The position numbers and the translations under genes were made by a program. Below are positions 1 to 10,065 of a DNA stretch of 64,000 nucleotides, piece by piece. Every line of letters begins with the position of its first letter. Position 1 is the stretch's first letter. This stretch comes from an uncultured virus (IMG/VR IMGVR_UViG_3300024308_000303) (taxonomy: Duplodnaviria > Heunggongvirae > Uroviricota > Caudoviricetes). Under the pieces are notes generated by a model, which worked only from the letters and a program-made list of their open reading frames with translations, made no database searches and was not told the origin of the DNA. The stretch lies in IMG/VR virus record IMGVR_UViG_3300024308_000303; one strand, written 5' to 3'.

Positions 1-531
1 TTACTTTGAAAAGATAGCTAGAAAATCTAAATTGCCTGTAGCTGCCATCAATCCACGATAAGTTGTCCCTGAAAAATGACTATCATCAATCACAAGCCCC
101 TTTCCTTCTGGCAATGCTACTGTTTCAAAGATGACTTGTTCATATTTAACCCTTTGAGTTGATTTCATCAAGTTAATCTTAAAAGTAGGCCCCATACTAT
201 TTAATCGCTCAAGATGGCTTTCACGTTCTTTCTTTTGAAGTGGTAGAGTCTCAAAAAACTCCATAACACTTTCAATTGAACGCTTCTTAACTAATACAGT
301 AGGCTTATCAAAGCCTTTAACTACGTCAGCCAAAAAACTTGAACTGCTTTCTGGATAAACGATATAGTCATAAGCATCAACAACATCTTTAATTGACGAC
401 TGAATAAATTTAATAACTTCTTCACGATTATCAACTTTATATTCAAAACGACCTTTCAATCCATAGTACAGATGCATGGATTCTTTACTTTTAAGATCGA
501 TAAGATAAAAACCAGCATCATTTTTGTTCAT
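1..531 (-). CDS. Phosphoribosyltransferase (type I PRTase)-fold protein
   Basis: PRPP-binding loop-like motif GLVIDDSHFSGTT near the C-terminus; N-terminal IVYPESSS loop; the stop codon is at 1-3. Confidence 0.65.
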   Translation of the reverse strand: MNKNDAGFYLIDLKSKESMHLYYGLKGRFEYKVDNREEVIKFIQSSIKDVVDAYDYIVYPESSSSFLADVVKGFDKPTVLVKKRSIESVMEFFETLPLQKKERESHLERLNSMGPTFKINLMKSTQRVKYEQVIFETVALPEGKGLVIDDSHFSGTTYRGLMAATGNLDFLAIFSK

Positions 532-665
532 TTTATTTTCCGTAGTTAAATTCCTCTTTAATAGTGTCTACAATGATATCAGAAAACTCAAAACTTGTCA
601 CTACTTTTGTTTCTTTGGTATCTATTAAGGATGAAATTGTAAAAGAAATAAAGAGAAAAAACAAT

Positions 666-686
666 AAAAAAGCCTCCGAAGAGGCT
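666..686 (-). terminator. Intrinsic terminator
   Basis: Minus strand AGCCTC-TTCG-GAGGCT followed by a T tract, directly after ORF 690-959. Confidence 0.85.
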
Positions 687-689
687 ATA

Positions 690-959
690 TTAAGCAGGAC
701 TGAGAGAACGCTTCATTTCCTCAACCCACAGACGCGAGTCAAGATTACGAGCCTGATTTTTTGCACTCATCACCAAACCAACAGCATCATAGATTTCTGG
801 ATAATCACTTTCAAGAGTGCTTGCAATGACATAACGCCCTGATACAGAGTGTTTAAAAACTTGAAAGCCCATCAGTAGTGCAACATGTTCTGCTTCACTT
901 TTTTCGGTGAAAAAACGAACTACAATGTTGTCTACACTTACTCGTTCCATTTTGTACAT
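690..959 (-). CDS. Hypothetical protein
   Basis: ORF; start moved to the ATG at 959, which follows a GAGGTG RBS; promoter-like TGATATACT upstream. Confidence 0.75.
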   Translation of the reverse strand: MYKMERVSVDNIVVRFFTEKSEAEHVALLMGFQVFKHSVSGRYVIASTLESDYPEIYDAVGLVMSAKNQARNLDSRLWVEEMKRSLSPA

Positions 960-1032
960 AGGTAACACCTCAATTTGTCGATTTCGCTAAGTATATCAAA
1001 AAACAACATACAAAGCAAACTTATTTAAAAAT

Positions 1033-1644
1033 TTAAAGATTGTCGAAAAACTCATTTATGTATTTAGAAAGATCTTCTTTGGCTTTTTGTTGATCCGTCA
1101 ATTCAAACTGTTCATTAATTCGATATTCAAGATTTGAAAGACTATCTCTACGAGCTTTTTCAACATCTAATTGTTTATAAAATTCTAATTTAACGGCATC
1201 AATGTTAGTGGCATTGACATCAAATTTTAAAGAATATTTGTATTCTTTCAAAGCAATATTGATACGATTCGATGTAAATTCACGCTCAAAAGCAGAAATC
1301 AATTCTTTATATGGATATTTCGCCTTCGGCAGATCAGTATGCGAAGAAACAAGGTTTTTCCATTCAATTGCAGCAGATTCATGAGCAATTACTTTCAGTT
1401 CCTCAATATTCTTAGGGCTGTGACGATAATATAATGGAACCTGAATTGAAGCATGGCGAGCAACAGATGAGGAATAAGAATGCCAATTAAACATTGGACC
1501 TTGATTTTCAACATCAAGATAGGTTTCAAACATATCTTTTGCAACCACAATGCCAAGCTCTTGAGCAAGCCGTTTATTTTTACCATTACGTGTTTTGTTT
1601 CCACGCTCGTTTAGTTCGTCAGCATAAACATGATGGGCAATCAT
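1033..1644 (-). CDS. Hypothetical protein
   Basis: Long ORF; start moved to MIAHH, which follows GGAG. Confidence 0.75.
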   Translation of the reverse strand: MIAHHVYADELNERGNKTRNGKNKRLAQELGIVVAKDMFETYLDVENQGPMFNWHSYSSSVARHASIQVPLYYRHSPKNIEELKVIAHESAAIEWKNLVSSHTDLPKAKYPYKELISAFEREFTSNRINIALKEYKYSLKFDVNATNIDAVKLEFYKQLDVEKARRDSLSNLEYRINEQFELTDQQKAKEDLSKYINEFFDNL

Positions 1645-1769
1645 AAAAATAACTCCGATTTTTAAATTGATTGAATTATAGCATATTAAAATATTGCTGT
1701 CTACCTGCAAAAAAAATTCATTTTTTTATATAAGTATGCTATAATGATTAAAAACCAAGAGGCCATTAA

Positions 1770-2405
1770 ATGAATAAGCAAACCGTAGATTTTTACAATG
1801 AAAATGCTGAACAGTATGCTAGCACCACTCTTAATCTGGATGTTAACAAAGAGATTGTTAATTTCTTGAATGGTATCCCATTTGCAGGAAAGATTCTGGA
1901 CGCAGGATGTGGATCTGGCCGTGACCTTAAAACCTTTACAAGTTTAGGCTATAATGCGATTGGAATAGATGCATCAGAAGAATTAGTAAAAATTGCTACT
2001 AAGAACTCAGGAGCACCCGTTCATTGCAAAGGCTTCTTGGATGTAGATTGGAAAGATGAATTTGATGGCATTTGGTGTATGGCATCTCTACTTCACCTTA
2101 ATAAAGTAGAATTGAAAGAATCTCTCGAAAAGCTGGGAGAAGCCATGAAGTCAAAAGCAAAATTCTATGCAAGCTTCAAGGTAGGTGAAGGTGAAAAGTA
2201 TGATGACAAAGGTAGGTTTTTCTCTTATGTAAATAAACAAGAACTTGAAGAAATCTTCCAATCAGTCAATAAATTCAAAGATATTAAAGTTGAGTTTGGA
2301 AATGATGACAAATTAGGTCGTGTAGATACGCAGTGGATCAATGTCTATGCAATCAGTAATAAACCAGCACCAGAGCCAAAAGTTAGAACACGATTTAAAC
2401 CATAA
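1770..2405 (+). CDS. Class I SAM-dependent methyltransferase
   Basis: Motif I ILDAGCGSGRD, GIDAS, FDGIWCMASLLH; GAGG RBS; TGCTATAAT promoter; basic tail KVRTRFKP. Confidence 0.92.
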   Translation: MNKQTVDFYNENAEQYASTTLNLDVNKEIVNFLNGIPFAGKILDAGCGSGRDLKTFTSLGYNAIGIDASEELVKIATKNSGAPVHCKGFLDVDWKDEFDGIWCMASLLHLNKVELKESLEKLGEAMKSKAKFYASFKVGEGEKYDDKGRFFSYVNKQELEEIFQSVNKFKDIKVEFGNDDKLGRVDTQWINVYAISNKPAPEPKVRTRFKP

Positions 2406-2481
2406 CTAAACAAAGGCAATCTTCGGATTGTCTTTTTTTTGTCTATATGCTATAATTACAAATCAATTTATGGTGAATATT

Positions 2482-2721
2482 ATGATTAAATCAATAGCAA
2501 TTTTTATTACATTTGTTCTCGTCTCAACAAGTTTGATGGCATCACCAACTATTATGTTCACAAACCCTGCATTCTTGTCAAAACCAAAAGAAAAACAAGC
2601 AAAAGAAAAAACAGAAACATATGACGCTGGTAAAATCATTTATCCAGTACAAAAAGACGATGGCAAAGACTGTTCTAAATCATCTGTAGACTGTACTTCC
2701 GAAGTGGAGAAAAATAAATGA
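2482..2721 (+). CDS. Small exported protein
   Basis: MIKSIAIFITFVLVSTSLMA looks like a signal peptide; start refined to this Met. Confidence 0.65.
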   Translation: MIKSIAIFITFVLVSTSLMASPTIMFTNPAFLSKPKEKQAKEKTETYDAGKIIYPVQKDDGKDCSKSSVDCTSEVEKNK

Positions 2722-3347
2722 CTTCATATGCAAAAATAAAAGAAAGACAACAAAAAAACAAAGAGTACGTTATTGAAAAACTTGAAGAAAACTATGGTTT
2801 CATATTCAACAAAACATTTGATGAAACAACCAAGAATTGTCATTTGAATGTAATTTGTCACACAAATTATGGGAAGATTAAAATTGAAATTCTCTATGGA
2901 TATGCGTTGATAAGATTAAATCCATTTATAAAATATGAAAAAGGAATTGTGACTTCAAAAATTGAAGCATTCAATGAACACCTTGCTATATTGACACCTC
3001 AATTAAAAATACTTGATTGTGTAAAATATAAAGTAAATGACAACAAAACAGATTCTATTATTAATATTAAATGGAAAAGTAATCTAACTCTTGAGATTGG
3101 TTACAGAAAAACCACACATGATACTTTTCGTGTTGAATTGGAAACAATGCCAATTGATCTATATTCTGGAAATTCAACCACTTCAATAGAGTATATTGAC
3201 TTTGAAATAAAAAACAAAAAAATAGTTTCAAACCATACTATAAATTGGCTTAAATGCTGGGTTCATGAATCACATGAAATTTCTGTAATGAAAAGAAAAG
3301 TTAATTATGAACAACTATCTGAATTAACAGATATTATGATTTACTAA
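2718..3347 (+). CDS. Hypothetical protein, paralog of 4007-4648; variant C-terminal tag
   Basis: Shares the G-x-I...IKYE block with 4007-4648; ends LTDIMIY. Confidence 0.8.
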   Translation: MTSYAKIKERQQKNKEYVIEKLEENYGFIFNKTFDETTKNCHLNVICHTNYGKIKIEILYGYALIRLNPFIKYEKGIVTSKIEAFNEHLAILTPQLKILDCVKYKVNDNKTDSIINIKWKSNLTLEIGYRKTTHDTFRVELETMPIDLYSGNSTTSIEYIDFEIKNKKIVSNHTINWLKCWVHESHEISVMKRKVNYEQLSELTDIMIY

Positions 3348-3384
3348 CAATTATGCTATACTGTCATTAACAATTGAGGATATT

Positions 3385-3960
3385 ATGGAAAAGCAAGAAA
3401 TTTTAAAGTATTTAGCAAATAACAATGTTAAAAATGGTGATGTTTTAAAAGAGTTCTTAGAAACTGACCAAGAACATTATCTAAGAAGTAACCAGTTCGG
3501 TCATATTACAGGATCTTCATTCATATTGAATGATACAATGGACGAAGCTTTGTTAATCTTACACAAAAAGTATAACAAATGGCTTGCGGCTGGTGGTCAT
3601 GTTGATGAAAATGAAACAGCAAAACAAGCCTCAAAAAGAGAATCTGGTGAAGAAGTTGGTCTTGATAAACTTGAATTGCTAAAACCAGAAATTTTTGATA
3701 TTGATGTACATAGAGTTCCAGCGGCTACGAAAAAAGACGTTTTTGAACCTGAACATTGGCATTTTGATGTGCGTTATTTATACAAAGCTGAGAAAGGTGC
3801 TAAAGTTGAGGCCAACATGGAAGAAACCAATGGTTTCAAATGGAATAATCTTAAAATGTTAACAACTGTTGATGATGAATCCATTAAACGTCAGGCAACT
3901 AAAGCAATAGAATTTGTGGAAAGTCTAAAAAACAAACCTAAAAGAAAATTCAAAATCTAA
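3385..3960 (+). CDS. Nudix hydrolase
   Basis: Nudix box GGHVDENETAKQASKRESGEEVG; GHITGS and HWHFDVRY motifs; basic tail KPKRKFKI. Confidence 0.92.
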   Translation: MEKQEILKYLANNNVKNGDVLKEFLETDQEHYLRSNQFGHITGSSFILNDTMDEALLILHKKYNKWLAAGGHVDENETAKQASKRESGEEVGLDKLELLKPEIFDIDVHRVPAATKKDVFEPEHWHFDVRYLYKAEKGAKVEANMEETNGFKWNNLKMLTTVDDESIKRQATKAIEFVESLKNKPKRKFKI

Positions 3961-4006
3961 ATCCACAACAATCATTTCCGAATGATTGTTTTTTTAGGAG
4001 AATATA

Positions 4007-4648
4007 ATGGCATCATTAGCATCTAGAATAGAAAAAGCAGAAGAAAGAATAGTTCTGATCAAAGAAAGGTTGTTAAACAATTATAATTTACTACTTGAAG
4101 AAAAAGTAAACAAAAACCAGTCCTATAAAAGCTTTGTATATAAGAGTTCATTTGGCGAAGTAGAAATAACCCTTGATAGTAGGTGTGCTTATATTTGTGT
4201 GCGAAATGTAATCAAATATGAAAATGAACAATTTATATCAAAAAACGAGACTATTAATGAAGTTCTTAAAGTTTTAAATAAGGAGCTTCAAATATTTGAT
4301 GCTTTAATGTATAAGAGACTAGCTGAGAAGCCACGAAGATTAAAAACTGCTCCACTTGTGGCTAATATGCATATTAAAATTCAATATCAAAAAAGTTTGA
4401 AAGATAGCTATTATATTACTGTAGCATCACTTAATAATGTATTGATGTTTGCAGATATATTCTCAGGAGAAAATGAGTTTAAATTCCCAGCAATGTTAGA
4501 ATTCTATATAAAGGATGGTAAATTACATGATTCCAATGAACTGAGAGAACTGAGAGAAAATATATGTAAAGGACATGGATTAGATTTAAACACCAAGAAT
4601 ATTAGATATAAAGATTTAGGCGACATAACAGAAATGGTAGAATATTAA
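4007..4648 (+). CDS. Hypothetical protein with C-terminal MxxY tag
   Basis: AGGAG RBS; ends ITEMVEY. Confidence 0.82.
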   Translation: MASLASRIEKAEERIVLIKERLLNNYNLLLEEKVNKNQSYKSFVYKSSFGEVEITLDSRCAYICVRNVIKYENEQFISKNETINEVLKVLNKELQIFDALMYKRLAEKPRRLKTAPLVANMHIKIQYQKSLKDSYYITVASLNNVLMFADIFSGENEFKFPAMLEFYIKDGKLHDSNELRELRENICKGHGLDLNTKNIRYKDLGDITEMVEY

Positions 4649-4701
4649 AAAATGATAAAAATAAAGCACTCATGAGAGTGCTTTTTAATTATTACAATAT
4701 T

Positions 4702-5187
4702 TTAAGTCAAAACAATTTGAACTTTAGGAATCTTCAAAAAGACACCAGTTTCAAGACAACTCTCAATTTGTTTCTCCATTATATGGACCAAAATTTCATT
4801 GCCAAAACCATCAATAAAATCAAAATAAGTAGCTTCATCTGGAGTGAAATCAGCAAGATTTTTTTCTTGCCAAAAATTAGCTTGCAAAGAAGATGTAATC
4901 CCAGTAATCGTTTTGACATCAAAAACAACTGCTACAATATTTTGATTGTCTTCCATTGAAAATTGAAGTAGACGCTCTCTCATATTCTGCCGGTTTTTCA
5001 TGGCTTTAGTAAGATAAGCAGTTCTATTCGGTTCAGTAGACTGATCAATGATTGATTGCAAAGAATTAGCCCAAGAATCAAGACCATTAAGGAAGAGTTT
5101 TTTTAATGATTCTACATTGAATTCATCAAGTCTGTTGGTAATATCAAAAGTGATTTTCATTTTCGGATTTTCAATCAAGTGTTGCAT
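4702..5187 (-). CDS. Hypothetical protein downstream of a structured leader
   Basis: ORF; start refined to MQHLI, which follows AAGG. Confidence 0.75.
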   Translation of the reverse strand: MQHLIENPKMKITFDITNRLDEFNVESLKKLFLNGLDSWANSLQSIIDQSTEPNRTAYLTKAMKNRQNMRERLLQFSMEDNQNIVAVVFDVKTITGITSSLQANFWQEKNLADFTPDEATYFDFIDGFGNEILVHIMEKQIESCLETGVFLKIPKVQIVLT

Positions 5188-5223
5188 AGTCAATACCTTT
5201 GTAGGATAGAAAATATGAATCAA

Positions 5224-5380
5224 ACAAGGCTATAGAACAGGTCAGTCCGCCCAACCGTTTTATTTTGAGAGAACTCAAAATCCTATTCTATAATAGCGGG
5301 AGATAATTCATCACCACATAAGTGGTTCGACTACCCCAGCCTTACCACAACATGCCATCCAAGGCATACTCCAAACCAAG
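5224..5380 (-). ncRNA. Candidate structured 5' leader or small RNA
   Basis: Locally GC-rich intergenic stretch with nested helices: ATGCC/GGCAT, AAGGCT/AGCCTT, GGGGTAGT/ATTATCTC, ACCAC/GTGGT, TATAGAATAGG/CCTGTTCTATA, TTTTGAG/CTCAAAA. Confidence 0.6.
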
Positions 5381-5386
5381 AATGCT

Positions 5387-5415
5387 ATTGTATCAAAAAA
5401 TAGACAATAATACAA
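5387..5415 (-). promoter_or_regulatory. sigma70-like promoter
   Basis: TTGTAT-17 bp-TACAAT with extended -10 TG. Confidence 0.7.
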
Positions 5416-5417
5416 GT

Positions 5418-5552
5418 TTAATTAAAAAATGGTGAAATTATAATCAGGAGCAAAGCCAGTGCTACAAGACCAACAGTCACGCCTGAAAATAAAAAGATCA
5501 TTAATATGTAATATTTCAAAAATTTTGAATTTGCATCTGTTGTTTCGCTCAT
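5418..5552 (-). CDS. Small membrane protein (44 aa, absent from ORF track)
   Basis: MSETTDANSKFLKYYILMIFLFSGVTVGLVALALLLIIISPFFN; promoter-like TTGACA upstream. Confidence 0.55.
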   Translation of the reverse strand: MSETTDANSKFLKYYILMIFLFSGVTVGLVALALLLIIISPFFN

Positions 5553-5895
5553 GATATGTCTCGGTTGTTGATTAGAATATAAGTCTAATTATATAATTGT
5601 CAATAGTGTTTTTCCCGACATACAATGCTTTTTTAGTATATTATTGAATTTTACTTTGATAGAATAACAACTCCTTATGCTCTACAACAGACCTTAAAAA
5701 GTTGATTAAACGTCAAAATAAAGACGTTAATTATAATATAAAAAGTTAAAATTGAGAAATAGCCATTATTATGACATGTGTAAATTTAAGGTTACAAAAA
5801 TCAACCACAGAAATAAAGGTTATAGTATTATTATTGACAATCAAGCCTGTTTTTTGATAAAATAACCACAAATTTTATTGAAGGAATTACCAAGA

Positions 5896-6534
5896 ATGCA
5901 AAATAACAGAATATTTACACCAGAGAACTTTATAGAAACAACTGGCTTAATTATACCATCTGATGCTACTTTTACAATTGACCTACAAGAAGATTCATGT
6001 GACATAACTTCTAACTTTCGTATTGAAAAGACTAATGGATTTGTATATAGAAAGTTTTTTGAATATCAAGGAATACAATGTTCAGCAGGCTCAACAACCT
6101 ATGCAGTATCTGAAAATTATGAGAACTCATATAAACCAGCAGTATCATTATTAATACATGGACAATTATTGGATGGATTAAATTTAGATTTATTTTTAAA
6201 ATTCAACAATGAATCACTCAATAAACAAATTAAATTAAATGAAAAAGAATTGGCTATATATCTACAATGGAAAAATATTGATCCTAATAGCCTTGATAAC
6301 ATTTATGTAATTGTTGATTTTTATTATGACAACACATCAGCACTGAAACTTACCAAGATGGAAAGTGAAGTTAAGGTGAACTTAAAAGATAACAAAAATT
6401 GCAATGTAAGTAGAATTATGGAGAATGTTTTATCAACAAACGAAATGGATCAAATCAATATGAATTCCGATATCAAGGATATAGTCAGAAAATTAAAAGA
6501 TTTAGATATTGTGGAAGACATGGAGCGTTATTAA
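5896..6534 (+). CDS. Hypothetical protein with C-terminal MxxY tag
   Basis: AAGGA RBS before MQNN; TTGACA...TGATAAAAT promoter upstream; ends VEDMERY. Confidence 0.8.
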   Translation: MQNNRIFTPENFIETTGLIIPSDATFTIDLQEDSCDITSNFRIEKTNGFVYRKFFEYQGIQCSAGSTTYAVSENYENSYKPAVSLLIHGQLLDGLNLDLFLKFNNESLNKQIKLNEKELAIYLQWKNIDPNSLDNIYVIVDFYYDNTSALKLTKMESEVKVNLKDNKNCNVSRIMENVLSTNEMDQINMNSDIKDIVRKLKDLDIVEDMERY

Positions 6535-6556
6535 AAATGGTATGAAATCATACCAT

Positions 6557-6697
6557 TTATTTTTTGATCAATGAACAATCAAAAACATTGTTGCCAACAT
6601 AGAAAGAACCCACTTTTTGACATTCACTTGATACTGTACTATGAGCAAATACCCAACCTAAAACGAAACCAATTAGCATCATTATGAAAGTTTTCAT
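6557..6697 (-). CDS. Small membrane-anchored protein (46 aa, absent from ORF track)
   Basis: MKTFIMMLIGFVLGWVFAHSTVSSECQKVGSFYVGNNVFDCSLIKK; GAGG RBS; own TGTTATAAT promoter. Confidence 0.7.
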   Translation of the reverse strand: MKTFIMMLIGFVLGWVFAHSTVSSECQKVGSFYVGNNVFDCSLIKK

Positions 6698-6752
6698 ATT
6701 ATGTCCTCTATAACATTTATAATATTATAACAAAAAACCAAAATTAAGTAAA

Positions 6753-7385
6753 CTATTTAGAAAAAAAAGAACATCGATAAGGTCTGAATAAATCATGGCT
6801 CTTAAACAATAAAAACTCTGATGATTCCAGTCTAAAATCTCTATATTTAAAACCTTTTAAATCAAAACTACACATTAAATAAAATGGCTCTCTTATATTG
6901 AATATAAGCAAAAAGTCTATGTACGGACTTAACAGATTTTTATAAAAATCATAATCTTGTTCTTGAGCACCATTATCTACCTGAATTACAATTAAATTAA
7001 TTTTTTTTTGCTTTGCAAAAACTAAAATTCTCTTTAGCCATAAGAAAGGAGCAAATGTGGGATTGAAAAGACAGATAGTTTCATTAACAGTGGAACACAA
7101 CAAATGATTATAAATAGAATTAAGATACCTATTAATATCAGAGCCTTTAATGATGCCTTCTGATAACTTAACAGACATCACTAAATTATATGTATCAATA
7201 ATAGAATGATTCTGTTTACCAAAATCATAGAAAGTGAATTTTTTATTTGAAGAATTATTATACAAAAAATTCAAATTTTCAACAACAACATAGTGATCAG
7301 CAATCCAAAGGAAATTTCCTGATAACGATATTTTCTTATTAAAAAATAATCGCCTCCGAACAGAAAATGCCGTAATAAGAGACAT
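6753..7385 (-). CDS. Hypothetical protein
   Basis: 210-aa ORF following 7391-7861. Confidence 0.6.
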   Translation of the reverse strand: MSLITAFSVRRRLFFNKKISLSGNFLWIADHYVVVENLNFLYNNSSNKKFTFYDFGKQNHSIIDTYNLVMSVKLSEGIIKGSDINRYLNSIYNHLLCSTVNETICLFNPTFAPFLWLKRILVFAKQKKINLIVIQVDNGAQEQDYDFYKNLLSPYIDFLLIFNIREPFYLMCSFDLKGFKYRDFRLESSEFLLFKSHDLFRPYRCSFFSK

Positions 7386-7390
7386 GCCAA

Positions 7391-7861
7391 TTAATCAATA
7401 AAGCCAGCAGATTTAACTTGTTTAAACTCTAAAAATATACACTTGAGAAAATTTAAAGAGATAAAAATTGTAAAAAACATAGCAATAAAACTTAAACCAT
7501 AATCATTACTCTCTGCATTATATGTATAAACAAGAGAATAAGAAAGAGCAACGAACCCAACATAAAGGGTTGTTAAAATTGCCCCAAAAAAACCAAGGAT
7601 TTTGCTATAGTGATGCTCTTGAGGTATTCTAGAACAAAATATCAAATTCCAAATAATTAAAACAGGGATAATAGCAACAAAAATCTTCCAATTCTCGTAA
7701 ACATAATTTATTGTTGGAGACAGTAATAAATAATAAGCACTCCAATGATTGTAAATTTCAAGAAAAACTGAAGTCAATAAACAAATAACCATCACACCAA
7801 TCATAACCATTACTGTTGTAAAAGATAGATTTTTAAATAATTCTTTCAATTCTGCTGGCAT
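7391..7861 (-). CDS. Integral membrane protein (about 4 TM)
   Basis: Four hydrophobic segments. Confidence 0.75.
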   Translation of the reverse strand: MPAELKELFKNLSFTTVMVMIGVMVICLLTSVFLEIYNHWSAYYLLLSPTINYVYENWKIFVAIIPVLIIWNLIFCSRIPQEHHYSKILGFFGAILTTLYVGFVALSYSLVYTYNAESNDYGLSFIAMFFTIFISLNFLKCIFLEFKQVKSAGFID

Positions 7862-7991
7862 ATAATAATATCCTATTTAAGTGCAAAATATATTAACAGA
7901 AATGGGTGAATAAATCAATTATAATTTGAAAAAAACAGTATCTTTTGATATAATCAAGAGATGCAAATATGTCTAAATATGGAGCATTTAA

Positions 7992-8549
7992 ATGTATAAA
8001 GTTCAACGACCAACTGAAAGACAAATTATAAACATAATAGGCTTAGTGCTTAACAAACCGTATATTGTTAACTATAAACAAGAATTGTCACAAGAAGATG
8101 ACCACTCAATTTATTTTGGTGATTGTAAAATATTGGATGCAAGTAATAAATCAACAGTAGTAAATGTATCTATATTTGAGGAATCAAATTATATTTCAAT
8201 TAGAGGTTACATCAAAATCAATAAAGCCTATTCTGGTAAATTAACCAGTGCTATTGATTTAAAAAGTGACGAATTGAATAACTATATTAAAACAGTAGAA
8301 AAGAACTTTAAAAGGCTTCAAATTATACATAAAGAAGCTAAAGATTATAATTTGCAATGTATGTTCCAAATATATTACGATCCTAAAAAAGATACTAAAC
8401 ATTATTTAGATTTAAAATTAGTAAATGAAATGTGTGTAGATATCAAAGCATTAACTGATAGAAAGATGACAGAATTAGGTTATGGAAAATCCTATGAAAA
8501 AACAAGTTTAAGAGATTTGCAAACAGTAAAAGATATGATTGATATTTAA
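7992..8549 (+). CDS. Hypothetical protein with C-terminal MxxI tag
   Basis: GGAG RBS; TTGAAA...TGATATAAT promoter; ends VKDMIDI. Confidence 0.82.
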   Translation: MYKVQRPTERQIINIIGLVLNKPYIVNYKQELSQEDDHSIYFGDCKILDASNKSTVVNVSIFEESNYISIRGYIKINKAYSGKLTSAIDLKSDELNNYIKTVEKNFKRLQIIHKEAKDYNLQCMFQIYYDPKKDTKHYLDLKLVNEMCVDIKALTDRKMTELGYGKSYEKTSLRDLQTVKDMIDI

Positions 8550-8563
8550 AAATGTATGAATAT

Positions 8564-8591
8564 AAAAAAACCTACCGAAGTAGGTTTTTTT
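8564..8591. terminator. Bidirectional intrinsic terminator
   Basis: A7-CCTAC-CGAA-GTAGG-T7 between convergent genes. Confidence 0.88.
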
Positions 8592-8602
8592 GTGCCTGTC
8601 AT

Positions 8603-9307
8603 TTATTTAAGAAAATCAAATGACTCATATGTAGTTCCTTTGGAAAGGTTATAAAACCCAAGGACAGATTGTTTGATACAGTTGTGTGACTCACTTTTTA
8701 GGAATTGATCTTTGTGAACTTGGAGAGAGAATCCTCCAATATCAAAATGCCAATAAGTATTGTTAACATTCACATTGAATCCATCAATCTTCAAGGATAC
8801 ACCGGGAGATGATCCAAACATGCGAACAATGTTAATACCTTTAAAAGTGTCTTTATGGCCAATGTTGGTATATGAGAAAGATGATTTTTTCATGTGTTGA
8901 TAGAATTCACCATCAAAACCAAACAATTCATCAAAAACCTTGATATTAGTAAACAGAGAATTGAATTCATCAATAGGCAGTGAACGCTTGTGATAAGCAG
9001 ATTCTTCAACAGCAGTATCAATGATTTCTGCCATGCTTACACTACCATCAAGTTTATAAATGAAATCATGCTGATCATTTTGCAAGAAAGGAAATGACTT
9101 GTTGAAGCCAACATAGAGACATCCCATATTCAAATTGAAATTGAACTCAACCTCAATATCTTGACGCATAAGCAAAATTTCAGAAATAAGGCTTTTGATA
9201 AAAGACGTAACAACAGGTTTGAATTCAGAATTTACAATAAAATCGCCATCAGCAATCTCTGAGAGTTTTACATTATAGACATCAAAACTTTTGAATTTAG
9301 TCATCAT
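8603..9307 (-). CDS. Hypothetical protein
   Basis: ORF; start refined to MMTKF, which follows GGAG. Confidence 0.75.
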   Translation of the reverse strand: MMTKFKSFDVYNVKLSEIADGDFIVNSEFKPVVTSFIKSLISEILLMRQDIEVEFNFNLNMGCLYVGFNKSFPFLQNDQHDFIYKLDGSVSMAEIIDTAVEESAYHKRSLPIDEFNSLFTNIKVFDELFGFDGEFYQHMKKSSFSYTNIGHKDTFKGINIVRMFGSSPGVSLKIDGFNVNVNNTYWHFDIGGFSLQVHKDQFLKSESHNCIKQSVLGFYNLSKGTTYESFDFLK

Positions 9308-9396
9308 TAAACTCCATAATTTGTTCGTCATTATATCACAAAAACAAACATCTTAACAGTCTTTATTAGTATTCAAAACGATTTTTTCAATTTAAA

Positions 9397-10044
9397 TCAA
9401 ATATCCATCATTTGTAAGACACTAAGATAATTTTCAAAAGATTTTGATTGTCTATCAATATTATAACCAGCAACATAATTGAAATGATGATTGACGATAT
9501 TGAAAGATTCTGTATTGTAATCATAAGGTGTGGTTAAAGCTAAAATAACTTTAAGGCATTCAATAACCTGACGATCAGAACTTTTTTTATCTAATAATGT
9601 AAAAATGATAGTTAAAACATTCGTATCACTATTTTTCTGTATCTCATCTTTTGATGTTGGAAAATTTCCTAAGCAAACTGCCCGCATAGAGATTTCTCCC
9701 ATAACTGGCAAAGTATATTTAAACAAAAAATCACCTTCATTTTGTGCTCTAACAATCCGTTGAATCATATTCATCATAATTTCATCATGATAAAAACCAT
9801 TATCAAATTGGAATAAAAGGCTATTAGAATCATAACTGATAATATTAGAAATGTTACGACCATTTTTTTTATATTTATAATATGATTTTTCTGGACGTTT
9901 ATAATCTAAGCTAACTGTGAAATTAGAAACGCCTTCAATAAGGTGTAAAGCTTCAATCAGGCGATTTTCATAAAAAGATTTTGATGAAGTAATTCTGTTG
10001 AAAATATTGATTAATTCCAATCGTTGATAGGCTGTATTATACAT
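9397..10044 (-). CDS. Hypothetical protein with C-terminal MxxI tag
   Basis: GAGG RBS; ends LQMMDI. Confidence 0.8.
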   Translation of the reverse strand: MYNTAYQRLELINIFNRITSSKSFYENRLIEALHLIEGVSNFTVSLDYKRPEKSYYKYKKNGRNISNIISYDSNSLLFQFDNGFYHDEIMMNMIQRIVRAQNEGDFLFKYTLPVMGEISMRAVCLGNFPTSKDEIQKNSDTNVLTIIFTLLDKKSSDRQVIECLKVILALTTPYDYNTESFNIVNHHFNYVAGYNIDRQSKSFENYLSVLQMMDI

Positions 10045-10065
10045 GATGACCTCTAATATTGATAA

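Noticed and set aside
4538..4558. Short tandem repeat GAACTGAGA x2
   Set aside because: A two-copy in-frame duplication (ELRELRE); too short to suggest a contingency locus
5285..5335. Hammerhead ribozyme (GUC...UGAUGA on the minus strand)
   Set aside because: The core needs CUGAnGA and a properly placed GAAA after stem II; neither fits
5224..5345. Retron msr/msd (terminal inverted repeat AAGGCT/AGCCTT)
   Set aside because: No reverse transcriptase (YADD motif) in the window
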